Of a stretch of DNA of 64,000 nucleotides, positions 49,760-58,608 are shown in pieces. The position numbers and the translations under genes are program-made. Where the stretch lies: contig JAQICX010000252.1 of the NCBI GenBank assembly GCA_027858345.1, forward strand, positions 5,297 to 69,296, given 5' to 3'. The notes under the pieces were generated by a model. That model made no database searches. It was not told the DNA's origin and was given only the letters and a program-made list of their open reading frames with translations. The stretch comes from Kiritimatiellia bacterium (GTDB taxonomy: Bacteria > Verrucomicrobiota > Kiritimatiellia > JAQICX01). The stretch's first letter is position 1; every line of letters starts with the position of its first letter.

Positions 49760-50526
49760 AACTGTTTTTTAGCACTTGGCGATTCCGTGGCACTCAGGAT
49801 ATGCAGAGCAACCCCAGAATTGTTGTCCTGCATTCTTGCCTGTTTGGGCAGTACGTAAAACCATTGGTTTTCCACATTGTGGACAATTGGGGATTAGTGT
49901 TTGAGTACCCTCTGTGTTTTGTTGGTTTTTCTGTTGGGTTCGAGTCGCGAGTCTAGCGGTTGCCAGCTGTTCGCTGTAGCCTCCGTCGCTGACAAATTGT
50001 TCCTCAAGTCCTGCAATTTGGCGATCCAGCAGATAGTTTGCCTGATGGATCAGACAAATAATCGCATTTGCTCGAATCTCTGGATTCTCGTTCTCTAACC
50101 ATGGGGCGTATAACGCCCAGCGTTGTTCATCAGACAGATCAGTCAGATTTTATCGATCTTTTTTGTGGGTGCGAGGGACGTTGCGCACTGCCATGGAATC
50201 TTCACTGTTTGGAGTCCACTGTTTCAGATGACGATGTCTAAGAAAGTCTTCGTAGTCGAGTAGCAACTCTTCTAGGCTAGCCCTTGCAACGTTTACAAGG
50301 CGGAGTTCGGTTTGAGATGAAGAGTTGCGGCTGCTCGGCTTCCTTCGGCAATGTTTTGCCTTCCTGAGCGAGCTGCTTGTACCATTTGATCAACCGTACG
50401 TGAACGTGAACTCAAAAACTTTTCACAAAACCAGTAAGTTGCATCATAAATGATTGTTGCAGTCTGAAAACTGCAGGTGTTTCGGTAGCCACCGCTTGGC
50501 CTAAGTTTTTTGTGCGTTGTCGTCAT
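49760..50526 (-). pseudogene. frameshifted paralog of the four-helix-bundle (Avd/23S-IVS-like) + zinc-ribbon gene
   Basis: About 90% nucleotide identity to 54745..55488 over about 760 bp. A 2 bp insertion near 50325 truncates the ORF after 77 aa. Confidence 0.75.
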
Positions 50527-50531
50527 TTTAT

Positions 50532-51914
50532 CTATTCCTCGGGGAGTTTGTCGATTTTCTTGATGCAGGAGGCTACTACGAATGCTAATGTTATTAGGAC
50601 AATTATTATGATTATATATAGTGAGATTTTTCGTGTTAAGAAGGAGAATGCGGCTTTTGGTGATTTGTTATATTCCGGGTTTTGTTCCTGTTGTCCAAGC
50701 TTGACCATGTTAAAGGTTGGATTTGGTAGGGCATTGAGTATACGATTAATATCATACTTTGGTGCTGCGATTTGAGTTCCACCGTAATATACAGTCAAAT
50801 CAGTAAGTGGTTCTGGCATCAAGAACTCTGCATAATATACAGGACCTTGAACATTGACTTTTTCTATCTCAATTGGATGTGAGTCTTCGTTATATATTAT
50901 TAGCTTTATATAGTGAGTTCTAGTCTCTGCAAAACTGATTTTTAGATTTTCTTTTGAGATGTTTGCAATATGCAAACTGCTGATTTCAGCACTTGTAACC
51001 CTGTGCCAAGTCTCTTGATCTGTTGATTTTAAAATTTGAGTCTTTCTGAAAAAGTTATCTGATGTTGGAATAATATCCAATTTGGATATTGGTTGTCTAA
51101 ATGTGTCAATGACGATTTCAGTTGTTTGTTTAACTTGCTCTGTTTTGATGTGCTGGGTTTCAACAATTTGAGTTATCGGTTGTTTGTCTGTATATACATA
51201 TGAAATTTCAGTTAGTACAATGTTGTTGATGTGAAACTGCTTGTTGTAGACTGTCTTTTTCTTTATCTCGGAGAAGTCTTTCCCCAACTGTTTCTCGGTA
51301 ATTATTTCCATCTTCTCAGCTGTTTTTGCCTCTGAAACATTGGAAATTACAAATTTATAAAAGGTTGCATTGGTGTTTTCAATTGTTATTGAATCTTTTC
51401 TAAGTTTAATTATGTCTGAGTAGTCATATATGGGTTGCTGTTTTTGAGGAGATTTGAAATTGTCAATTGAATCGCCTGAATAGACAACAACATCCTTGTC
51501 AAAGTTTCTGTCATGTGTATTGAATGTCACTAGAGAAGGGAAGGTTTCTTCTTTACTCTTTTTGACAATGATTTCAATACTATTATCAGCTTCGTTCTTT
51601 TTTAGTGAAACAATTTCTGATGGACATGTTTTGGCAATCTGCTGCTTCTTTTTCTTGAACTGCTTGTTTACCCTGAATGGTACTTGCTTGTCACCAAGAA
51701 TTCTTATGCAGGAGAAGCTGTCGATGTTTTCATATATGGTTTTATCTAACTGGAATGCAGTTAGTGTTGAACCTTTTACATCTTCCACTTTGCGCATGTA
51801 CTGTAACTCATTGATTACTGTTTTTTCTGTTGCTGCAATGGTTATGGTGAGTGTTGCAAAAAGTGCTGCCAATGTTAATAATTTTTTACTCATCGTCTGA
51901 CTCCTTAATTTCAA
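50532..51914 (-). CDS. secreted protein with C-terminal TM anchor (DUF3999-like by architecture)
   Basis: 460 aa with a signal peptide and a C-terminal hydrophobic helix + KK motif. Its start overlaps the upstream membrane gene. The family name is from recall of the typical DUF2339/DUF3999 pairing. Confidence 0.5.
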   Translation of the reverse strand: MKLRSQTMSKKLLTLAALFATLTITIAATEKTVINELQYMRKVEDVKGSTLTAFQLDKTIYENIDSFSCIRILGDKQVPFRVNKQFKKKKQQIAKTCPSEIVSLKKNEADNSIEIIVKKSKEETFPSLVTFNTHDRNFDKDVVVYSGDSIDNFKSPQKQQPIYDYSDIIKLRKDSITIENTNATFYKFVISNVSEAKTAEKMEIITEKQLGKDFSEIKKKTVYNKQFHINNIVLTEISYVYTDKQPITQIVETQHIKTEQVKQTTEIVIDTFRQPISKLDIIPTSDNFFRKTQILKSTDQETWHRVTSAEISSLHIANISKENLKISFAETRTHYIKLIIYNEDSHPIEIEKVNVQGPVYYAEFLMPEPLTDLTVYYGGTQIAAPKYDINRILNALPNPTFNMVKLGQQEQNPEYNKSPKAAFSFLTRKISLYIIIIIVLITLAFVVASCIKKIDKLPEE

Positions 51915-54462
51915 AGTTGTCTTTATATTTTACGTATGCGAATGATGCCACTAGGAAAATAAGTCCCAGAATAATGAATGCTGCAATCTTGTATCCTTGG
52001 CTGAGTTCTCTAAGGTCAAAGATAAAGACTTTGGCAATTACCACCGCAAATAGAATTAAAGAAGCTTTTCGAAAGTTTTTGCTGCTCTTCAATATTCCAT
52101 AAACCAGGAATGCTATGGCAAATATGCTCCATAGGATGGATATGCCACCATACTGAAAATCAGGTACTTTGTATGCAAGTAGTGAATTGAATTCAAAGGT
52201 TGAATACAAAAATAGGATTGCAATTGCACAAGTCATAAAGTTGGTGTGATTAACCAGTTTATTTGTTTTTTCATTGCTAGTCTCAAAACCTTTTGATAGC
52301 CAGCTGAAGTATGCAAATACTAGAATTATTGGTATAAAATTGATCATTCTGAACATTCCGTCTAAATAACTATAACTGGTGTTTTGAAAGATGAAACGAT
52401 AGTATGAAAAATCCCAGAAAAGGAGATCAATAGTGGCAATCTTTATTAAGAATATACAACATAGTACATAGAAAACAACGACAAATACCGGCTTTGTGAA
52501 ATCAGATGATTTTCTGATGAGGTAGTATATTGCACCTAACCATATTGCAGCAATCAGAGGCATTTCCAGGTTTGTCAAAATGTTTTTACATATGTGGTAG
52601 ATTTCAAATTGTGAATATAAGAATATTGCAACGAAAACCAGCCAGAAGAAAAGAGTTAATATGCCGGGGATTTCATTGTCCTTCACAATGTTATTCTTTT
52701 CCATAACTTTTGTGTATTCGTTGTTGTCATTAATATTCTTTTTGAGAATGTACGATGAGCATGCAAAAGATGCGATTGTGGTACCAAATGTCAGAACTCG
52801 ACCAAGCATATACTTCCAGTAGTTGTTAAACGATGCGTTACTAATGAAATTGTCATAAAAATCGCATGTTATCAATCTGCCGATAGTCAGTCCGTATAAG
52901 ATATATGCAATTATTCGTAGAATGTTACATTTCAGTTTTTTGCTCATCCATACAAATATCAGTGCCATTAATGCCCAGGCGGTAGTAATCATCTTGCCGC
53001 TGAGGAGAACAGGGATTGTGAATATAAGAAAGAATGCTGCAACACCTGCAAAGAATACTAAAAGTTTCTTGTCTATTATGTTCTTCCTCAAGAAAATATA
53101 TATTTGTATGACAAAGAATAATGCAAGAGCAACTGTTAAGATTGCTGCATACTGTCTATCAAAATTATTGGTAATTAATTCATATGATTTGCAGAAAAAC
53201 ATGGTGGCATTCAGGAACATAAAGATTAATTCAATATAGGTTGCCTTAATTTTATTAAAGATGTTGTAGACAATTGGTATAAGTGAAAATAGAACAAAAT
53301 ATGCAGAGAAGAATGATAAGATTGTAATAAAATCTTTTGGAGGACAGGTTCTGATTTTACTGACAGAATAGAAGAAAAGCGCGTATGTAAATATGAATGC
53401 CAGAGCATTAAGAATCTTCCAATCTTTGAATTTAGCAATAACAAGAATTGCTATAGTTAGAATTAGAACGTATGAATAAAAAGAAATTAGGCTAGGGGTA
53501 CTGCCTGTTACAAGTAAAGGTGTGACATATCCACCGACAACACCAAATATTGCCGTGAGCATTGAATTGAGCTTTACGGAGATATAGCCGGCAACCAGCG
53601 TTACGACAAACATTAAGCCAAATGCAAATAGGTATGGAATGATATGATACTGAGCAAATCCTGTGTATATGCCAATATATAGAAATCCTATTCCTGCACC
53701 AAGAAGACCTTGAGAAATTGGGTGATATTTTGTGAAAGCGAGTTTTATTCCTCCAACAAGCAGTACAACACCTATAAGAAGAATACCCATAACCCTTGGT
53801 ATTGGTCCTAATATACCTTTCTCCATTGCATAGTTGGCAATGAAAATTCCACCAAGTAAGAATATAATAATTGTAACTCTTAGCAACCATGCACTTGCAA
53901 CTGCATATTCCATGGAAAATTTGGGATTTCTAAACTCTTCACCAACAATAATCCAATTCCAGCTTTTTTGCAGAATTTCTTGAACCCTTTCACTTGCTGC
54001 ATTGATTTTATTTTCGAAGTCCGATGGCACCCTGGGTTCATATGGCTCGGTAATTTTGTCTTCAATAATTTCTTCTTTTATCGGTTTAGATCCGAGTGCT
54101 TCTGTGGTGAGAGGAGGTGTTTCTTGTACTGGTAATGCTTCTGTTTTCTCAAAGCTTGCAGAAGATACTGTAGCTGATTTTTGGGTTGCTTGTTCCGGTG
54201 TTTTAGTTGCATAAGCAGGATGAATCTTTATCGCTTCTTTAGTTTCTGTAGGAAAATCTTCTTTGTTTTCGGAAGCTTTGTCAGAAATATCTGGTTTTTC
54301 TCTTGTTTTTAAAAGTGCTGTGAATGTTTTTTCCAGACTTGAAATTTTTTCCTGGAGAGTTTCTAAATATTTGCTATCTTTATTTTGTTTGGATTTGACA
54401 GAACAGATATTAATGAGAATTATTATAAGCAGTATTAAAGCACATCCAAGCATAAATTCCAT
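51886..54462 (-). CDS. large polytopic membrane protein (DUF2339-like): N-terminal TM, coiled-coil, Pro/Thr-rich linker, about 20 TM helices
   Basis: 858 aa. The hydrophobicity pattern and domain order are read from the translation. Confidence 0.5.
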   Translation of the reverse strand: MEFMLGCALILLIIILINICSVKSKQNKDSKYLETLQEKISSLEKTFTALLKTREKPDISDKASENKEDFPTETKEAIKIHPAYATKTPEQATQKSATVSSASFEKTEALPVQETPPLTTEALGSKPIKEEIIEDKITEPYEPRVPSDFENKINAASERVQEILQKSWNWIIVGEEFRNPKFSMEYAVASAWLLRVTIIIFLLGGIFIANYAMEKGILGPIPRVMGILLIGVVLLVGGIKLAFTKYHPISQGLLGAGIGFLYIGIYTGFAQYHIIPYLFAFGLMFVVTLVAGYISVKLNSMLTAIFGVVGGYVTPLLVTGSTPSLISFYSYVLILTIAILVIAKFKDWKILNALAFIFTYALFFYSVSKIRTCPPKDFITILSFFSAYFVLFSLIPIVYNIFNKIKATYIELIFMFLNATMFFCKSYELITNNFDRQYAAILTVALALFFVIQIYIFLRKNIIDKKLLVFFAGVAAFFLIFTIPVLLSGKMITTAWALMALIFVWMSKKLKCNILRIIAYILYGLTIGRLITCDFYDNFISNASFNNYWKYMLGRVLTFGTTIASFACSSYILKKNINDNNEYTKVMEKNNIVKDNEIPGILTLFFWLVFVAIFLYSQFEIYHICKNILTNLEMPLIAAIWLGAIYYLIRKSSDFTKPVFVVVFYVLCCIFLIKIATIDLLFWDFSYYRFIFQNTSYSYLDGMFRMINFIPIILVFAYFSWLSKGFETSNEKTNKLVNHTNFMTCAIAILFLYSTFEFNSLLAYKVPDFQYGGISILWSIFAIAFLVYGILKSSKNFRKASLILFAVVIAKVFIFDLRELSQGYKIAAFIILGLIFLVASFAYVKYKDNFEIKESDDE

Positions 54463-54589
54463 GATAAACTCCAGGTTGGTTTTTTTAAATTATAGGTAAC
54501 TTTTAACATTGTATGAAAACCGTTCTGTTATGTCAAATAAACATTTGTATAAACAATCAATCCTTGATTTTTAGGTTGAAGGTTCTTTT

Positions 54590-54640
54590 TTCTCTTAGCC
54601 ACGGATAAACACGGATTTTCACGGATAAAGACAAAAAGTT
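54590..54640 (+). promoter_or_regulatory. 'TTAGCCACGGATAAACACGGATTTTCACGGATAAAGAC' motif (copy b)
   Basis: Three direct CACGGAT(A/T) repeats lie upstream (on the other strand) of the DUF2339-like operon. Confidence 0.4.
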
Positions 54641-54744
54641 TTATTGCACGAGTCAAAACAAAGTCGAGACAGGCTTCAGCACGCTGGAGCAATGAACAAA
54701 GTGAGTGGCACCGCGCAGAAAGACAGATAAGAGTTTTTAGTTTT

Positions 54745-55488
54745 TTAGCATTTGGTTGTTCCATGGCAATCAGGATATGCTGAGCAACCCCAAAATTGTT
54801 GTCCTGCGTGATTGCCCGCTTGGGCTGTACGCAAAACCATAGGCTTTCCGCATTTCTGACAATCAGGGATTAGTGTTTGAGAGTTGCTGTTTTTGTGTTG
54901 TGCACGGGATGCAAGTCGTGCTGTTGCCAGCTGTTCGCTGTAACCACCATCATTGACAAATTGCTCTTCAAGTCCTGCAATTTGACGATCTAGCAAATAG
55001 TTCGCCTGATGAATCAGGCAAATGATAGCATTGGCACGAACTTCTGGATTCTCGTTTTCTAACCATGGGGCGTATAATGCCCAGCGTTGTTGATCGGACA
55101 GATCTGTCAGATCCGACTGATCATTTTTGTAGTTTCGCGGTACATTACGCACTGCCATGGAATCTTCACTGTTTGGAGTCCACAGTATTAGATGGCGATG
55201 CCTAAGAAAGTCTTCGTAGTCGAGTAGCAACTCTTCTAGGCTAGCCCTTGCAACGTTTATAAGGCGGAGTTCTGTTTGAGATGATGTTGCGGCAGCCCGG
55301 CTTCCTTCTGCAATATTTTGCCTTCCTGAGCGAGCTGCTTGCACCATTTGATCCACGGTACGTGAACGTGAACTCAGAAACTTCTCACAAAACCAGTAAG
55401 TTGCATCATAAATGATTGTTGCAGTCTGAAAACTGCAAGTATTTCGGTAGCCACCGCTTGGCCTAAGTTTTTTGTGCATAGTCTTCAT
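54745..55488 (-). CDS. four-helix-bundle protein (TIGR02436/Avd-like) fused to a C-terminal topoisomerase-type C4 zinc ribbon
   Basis: 'QMVQAARSGRQNIAEGSRAA' and 'LEELLLDYEDFLRHRHL' match the 4HB family. The C-terminus is 'CQKCGKPMVLRTAQAG...FWGCSAYPDCHGT'. Confidence 0.65.
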   Translation of the reverse strand: MKTMHKKLRPSGGYRNTCSFQTATIIYDATYWFCEKFLSSRSRTVDQMVQAARSGRQNIAEGSRAAATSSQTELRLINVARASLEELLLDYEDFLRHRHLILWTPNSEDSMAVRNVPRNYKNDQSDLTDLSDQQRWALYAPWLENENPEVRANAIICLIHQANYLLDRQIAGLEEQFVNDGGYSEQLATARLASRAQHKNSNSQTLIPDCQKCGKPMVLRTAQAGNHAGQQFWGCSAYPDCHGTTKC

Positions 55489-55529
55489 CTTCCATCCGGT
55501 TCTGACTTTTTGTCACTGTTTGTTTATAG

Positions 55530-57182
55530 TTATTTGTCGCCGCAGATGGCTTCGGCAATATTAAATGCATGAGCACGAATTTTTCGGTATGATTGAACCA
55601 TATCAATGAATGATAGAGTAAAGACACTATCAATAGTTTTGTTATCTTTTATGGCAGCCAAATGGGTATCTCTTATGTTTTTAGCCATCTTTATAATGTT
55701 TTCGCTCTCAGCTTTGGCTCTAACCATAATATCCATGTCATTATCTTTCAGTGCTGTACCGATCATGTTTAAATATGAGTATAGACGTTCGTGAAGTTTA
55801 AGAAGCTTCTCAATATCTTGTGGTAATATTGAACTGTCGGATTTCTGTAACTTGCCATAACGTTTAACTAAAACATTTATATAGTCACCTATGGATTCAT
55901 ACTCGTCGGCAATTCTCAACTGGTGTCTACATTCATCGACCAATTCCATAGATATATCACTACGCATTAAATTACTTACAAAATCCACAATTTCACGCTG
56001 AATATTATCTGTAATCTCTTCACGATGAAGTATTTTTTCGTAGGCTTTGTTATTGTAATCTTTTCCTTCCAAGATTATGGTCGTGCTGTCCATCATCTTG
56101 ATTATTCCTTCATGCATCTTGACAATTGCATTAAATGATTCCTGTATTGATAATGTTGGTGCCTCATTGAATCTGGAGTTTATATAAGTTAAGTGAGGTG
56201 TTTCTTTCTTCTTGTGACCTGGAAAGACTTTTTCAAGCAATAAACATAATGGAGTGACTAATGGCAGAAATAAAATTATGATAATAATATTAAAGATAGT
56301 GTGCGAGAATGCAATCTGTTTGGCAATATCACCACTTAAAGCACTCGGCATAATTGCATATAATAGTTTTATGAATAGATAGAAAAACGGGAAGACAAAG
56401 GCAACACCAAGTATTTTTATTAAAATATGTGCATATGCTGTTCTTTTACTGGCAGATGTCATGCCGAATGATGCCAGGTAAGCTGTGATTGTTGTGCCTA
56501 TGTTTTGACCCAAAACAAGTGCAATAGCCGTTTCAAAATTGATATTTCCAGAAGATGCCAATACAATTGTGATTGCAATTGTAGCAGAACTGGATTGCAT
56601 AACCGCTGTAACAAGTGAGCCAACTAAAACACATCGTAATAGCCCCCAATAAGTGTTGGGAGCAAAAGCCGCCATAGCATTGCAAAATGCTACGTTGTTT
56701 GACAATGGTTCCATACCATCTTTCATAACTGTCAGACCAAAGAAGACCATCCCAAGTCCAAGCCAGAACATTGCATGAAATCTGACTCGTTCGCTTCGTC
56801 CAAAAAGATAAATTAAACCGGCAATACCAAGAATAGCGATTCCATATTCTGTGACCTTTAAAGAAACAATCCATGCCGTGATTGTTGTTCCGATGTCTGC
56901 ACCCAAAAGAATACCAATGCTTTGACGCAATGTCATTAATCCTGCATTAACCATTGATATAGCCATTACCGCAGTCACACTGCTGGACTGAATCAGACAC
57001 GTAACTGAAGCCCCGGTTAAACATGCAGTAAAGCGGTTATCCGTAACCTTGCCAATCATTTTACGCATTTTTGCCCCTGCAAGAGTCTGCATACCATCGG
57101 ACATATAACGCATACCCAGAAGAAAAATAAATAAGCCGCCAAGTAAGTTAAAACACATATCAAAAATTGTTTGTATCCCCAT
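55530..57182 (-). CDS. Na/Pi cotransporter family protein with C-terminal PhoU-like domain
   Basis: Duplicated 'QSSSAT' repeats of the NptA type. The C-terminal 200 aa is a helical PhoU-like region. Confidence 0.85.
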   Translation of the reverse strand: MGIQTIFDMCFNLLGGLFIFLLGMRYMSDGMQTLAGAKMRKMIGKVTDNRFTACLTGASVTCLIQSSSVTAVMAISMVNAGLMTLRQSIGILLGADIGTTITAWIVSLKVTEYGIAILGIAGLIYLFGRSERVRFHAMFWLGLGMVFFGLTVMKDGMEPLSNNVAFCNAMAAFAPNTYWGLLRCVLVGSLVTAVMQSSSATIAITIVLASSGNINFETAIALVLGQNIGTTITAYLASFGMTSASKRTAYAHILIKILGVAFVFPFFYLFIKLLYAIMPSALSGDIAKQIAFSHTIFNIIIIILFLPLVTPLCLLLEKVFPGHKKKETPHLTYINSRFNEAPTLSIQESFNAIVKMHEGIIKMMDSTTIILEGKDYNNKAYEKILHREEITDNIQREIVDFVSNLMRSDISMELVDECRHQLRIADEYESIGDYINVLVKRYGKLQKSDSSILPQDIEKLLKLHERLYSYLNMIGTALKDNDMDIMVRAKAESENIIKMAKNIRDTHLAAIKDNKTIDSVFTLSFIDMVQSYRKIRAHAFNIAEAICGDK

Positions 57183-57342
57183 TAATTTTTCCTATCTGTT
57201 TTTCTATGCTATAATATATAAATTCATTATGTAAGATAATACATTTAAAATGTCTTAAAATCTCAATTAGTTCCTTAAAATCTGAAAGGAATTTTAAACT
57301 AAAACACCGTAAATTGCAAATTATTTATATTGGTAAAAAGTG

Positions 57343-57565
57343 TAACCTCAATTTTTCGGTTGAGTACCCCTCAGTCATGCACGCATGACAGCTCCCCTAA
57401 AAGAGGGAGCAGTTGTAAACTTGCAATTCAAACGGTTTACACAACAACTCACCCTCTCCTCCCGGCTAGCTTTGTCAGTCCCGCTCGGCGGGAGGAGGTG
57501 CCGAAGGCGGAGGGGTCGTATTGGGCATAATTTATTGAATATTAAGCATCTACACATATTTTTCC
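57343..57565 (+). repeat. about 220 bp GC-rich structured repeat, copy 2 (family A), with a nested 'GGCTAGC..GTCCCGCTC.GCGGGAGGAGG' unit
   Basis: Aligns with 26381..26575. The inserted 35 bp sub-unit is itself a member of the repeat family seen at 2668 and 36556. Confidence 0.8.
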
Positions 57566-57805
57566 GTTTTATCACCCACTGTGTTCTGTATAGCTCGCTG
57601 TGTCCTGAGTAGCTGCAAGCGAAGAATGGTAGAGCGACGCATGGAAAAAATGAGTTGAAAAAATCATCCCCTTATTTTATCAGGCTAAGAAGCTAATTAT
57701 TACCATCAACTGAAAAACTAGTGGATTAAGGGGGTAATTGCTTGTAAAATTGATTAACAAGTGTTATTATGCAATGCATTATAAAGATTTTTTGGAGAAT
57801 TTGAA

Positions 57806-58504
57806 ATGTTAGAAAAATTAAGAGAAGAAGTTTGCATTGCTAATAGGGAACTTGGGACGTCCGGATTAGTTAAGTTAACTTGGGGAAATGTTAGCGGTAT
57901 TGATAGGTCCAGTGGGATAATGGTTATCAAGCCAAGTGGTGTTCCTTATGAGGATTTGATACCTGAGAATATGGTTCTAGTTGACATGGAAGGGAATATT
58001 CATGATGACAAACTTGGACTTAGACCATCGTCTGATACACCAACACATATTGAGCTTTACAAAGCATTTGGAAATATTGGTGGAATTACTCATACGCATA
58101 GTCTTTATGCTGTAAAATTTGCTCAAGCTAGAAAAGACATTCCATGTCTTGGCACTACTCACGCTGATCATTTTTATGGATCAATCCCTGTCACAAGGTT
58201 AATGCATGATGATGAAATTGATAATGATTATGAAAAAAACACCGGCAAAGTGATTGTTGATGCTTTTGATGGTATTAATCCTGATGATATGCCTGCTGTA
58301 CTGGTTGCCAATCATGGTCCTTTTACATGGGGTAAGGATGCTATGGCATCTGTTGTTAATAGCATTGTGCTTGAGGAAGTAAGCTCAATGGCTCTCGAAA
58401 CAATTTTGTTGAATCCTAATGTGTCACCTATCAAGCAGATTCTTTTGGATAAACACTATTTGAGAAAACATGGTGTTGATGCATATTATGGGCAAGAGAG
58501 ATAA
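57806..58504 (+). CDS. araD: L-ribulose-5-phosphate 4-epimerase / class II aldolase-adducin family
   Basis: 'LVKLTWGNVSGIDR', 'VIKPSGV' and 'HTHS' metal-binding histidines. The length is 232 aa. Confidence 0.8.
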   Translation: MLEKLREEVCIANRELGTSGLVKLTWGNVSGIDRSSGIMVIKPSGVPYEDLIPENMVLVDMEGNIHDDKLGLRPSSDTPTHIELYKAFGNIGGITHTHSLYAVKFAQARKDIPCLGTTHADHFYGSIPVTRLMHDDEIDNDYEKNTGKVIVDAFDGINPDDMPAVLVANHGPFTWGKDAMASVVNSIVLEEVSSMALETILLNPNVSPIKQILLDKHYLRKHGVDAYYGQER

Positions 58505-58608
58505 TTAAAAATTAATAATTAAGAATTTGGGGTCAAGATGTTTGCTTCGCAAGGCGTTGGTCTTGGAGCGAGGATCGTTAAGAGAGACGCGATAAATCTC
58601 GTCTGTAC

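Noticed and set aside
54745-55488. Interpreting the 4HB gene as a 23S rRNA intervening-sequence ORF or as part of a DGR
   Set aside because: There is no rRNA sequence flanking it, and no reverse transcriptase or template/variable repeat pair in the window.
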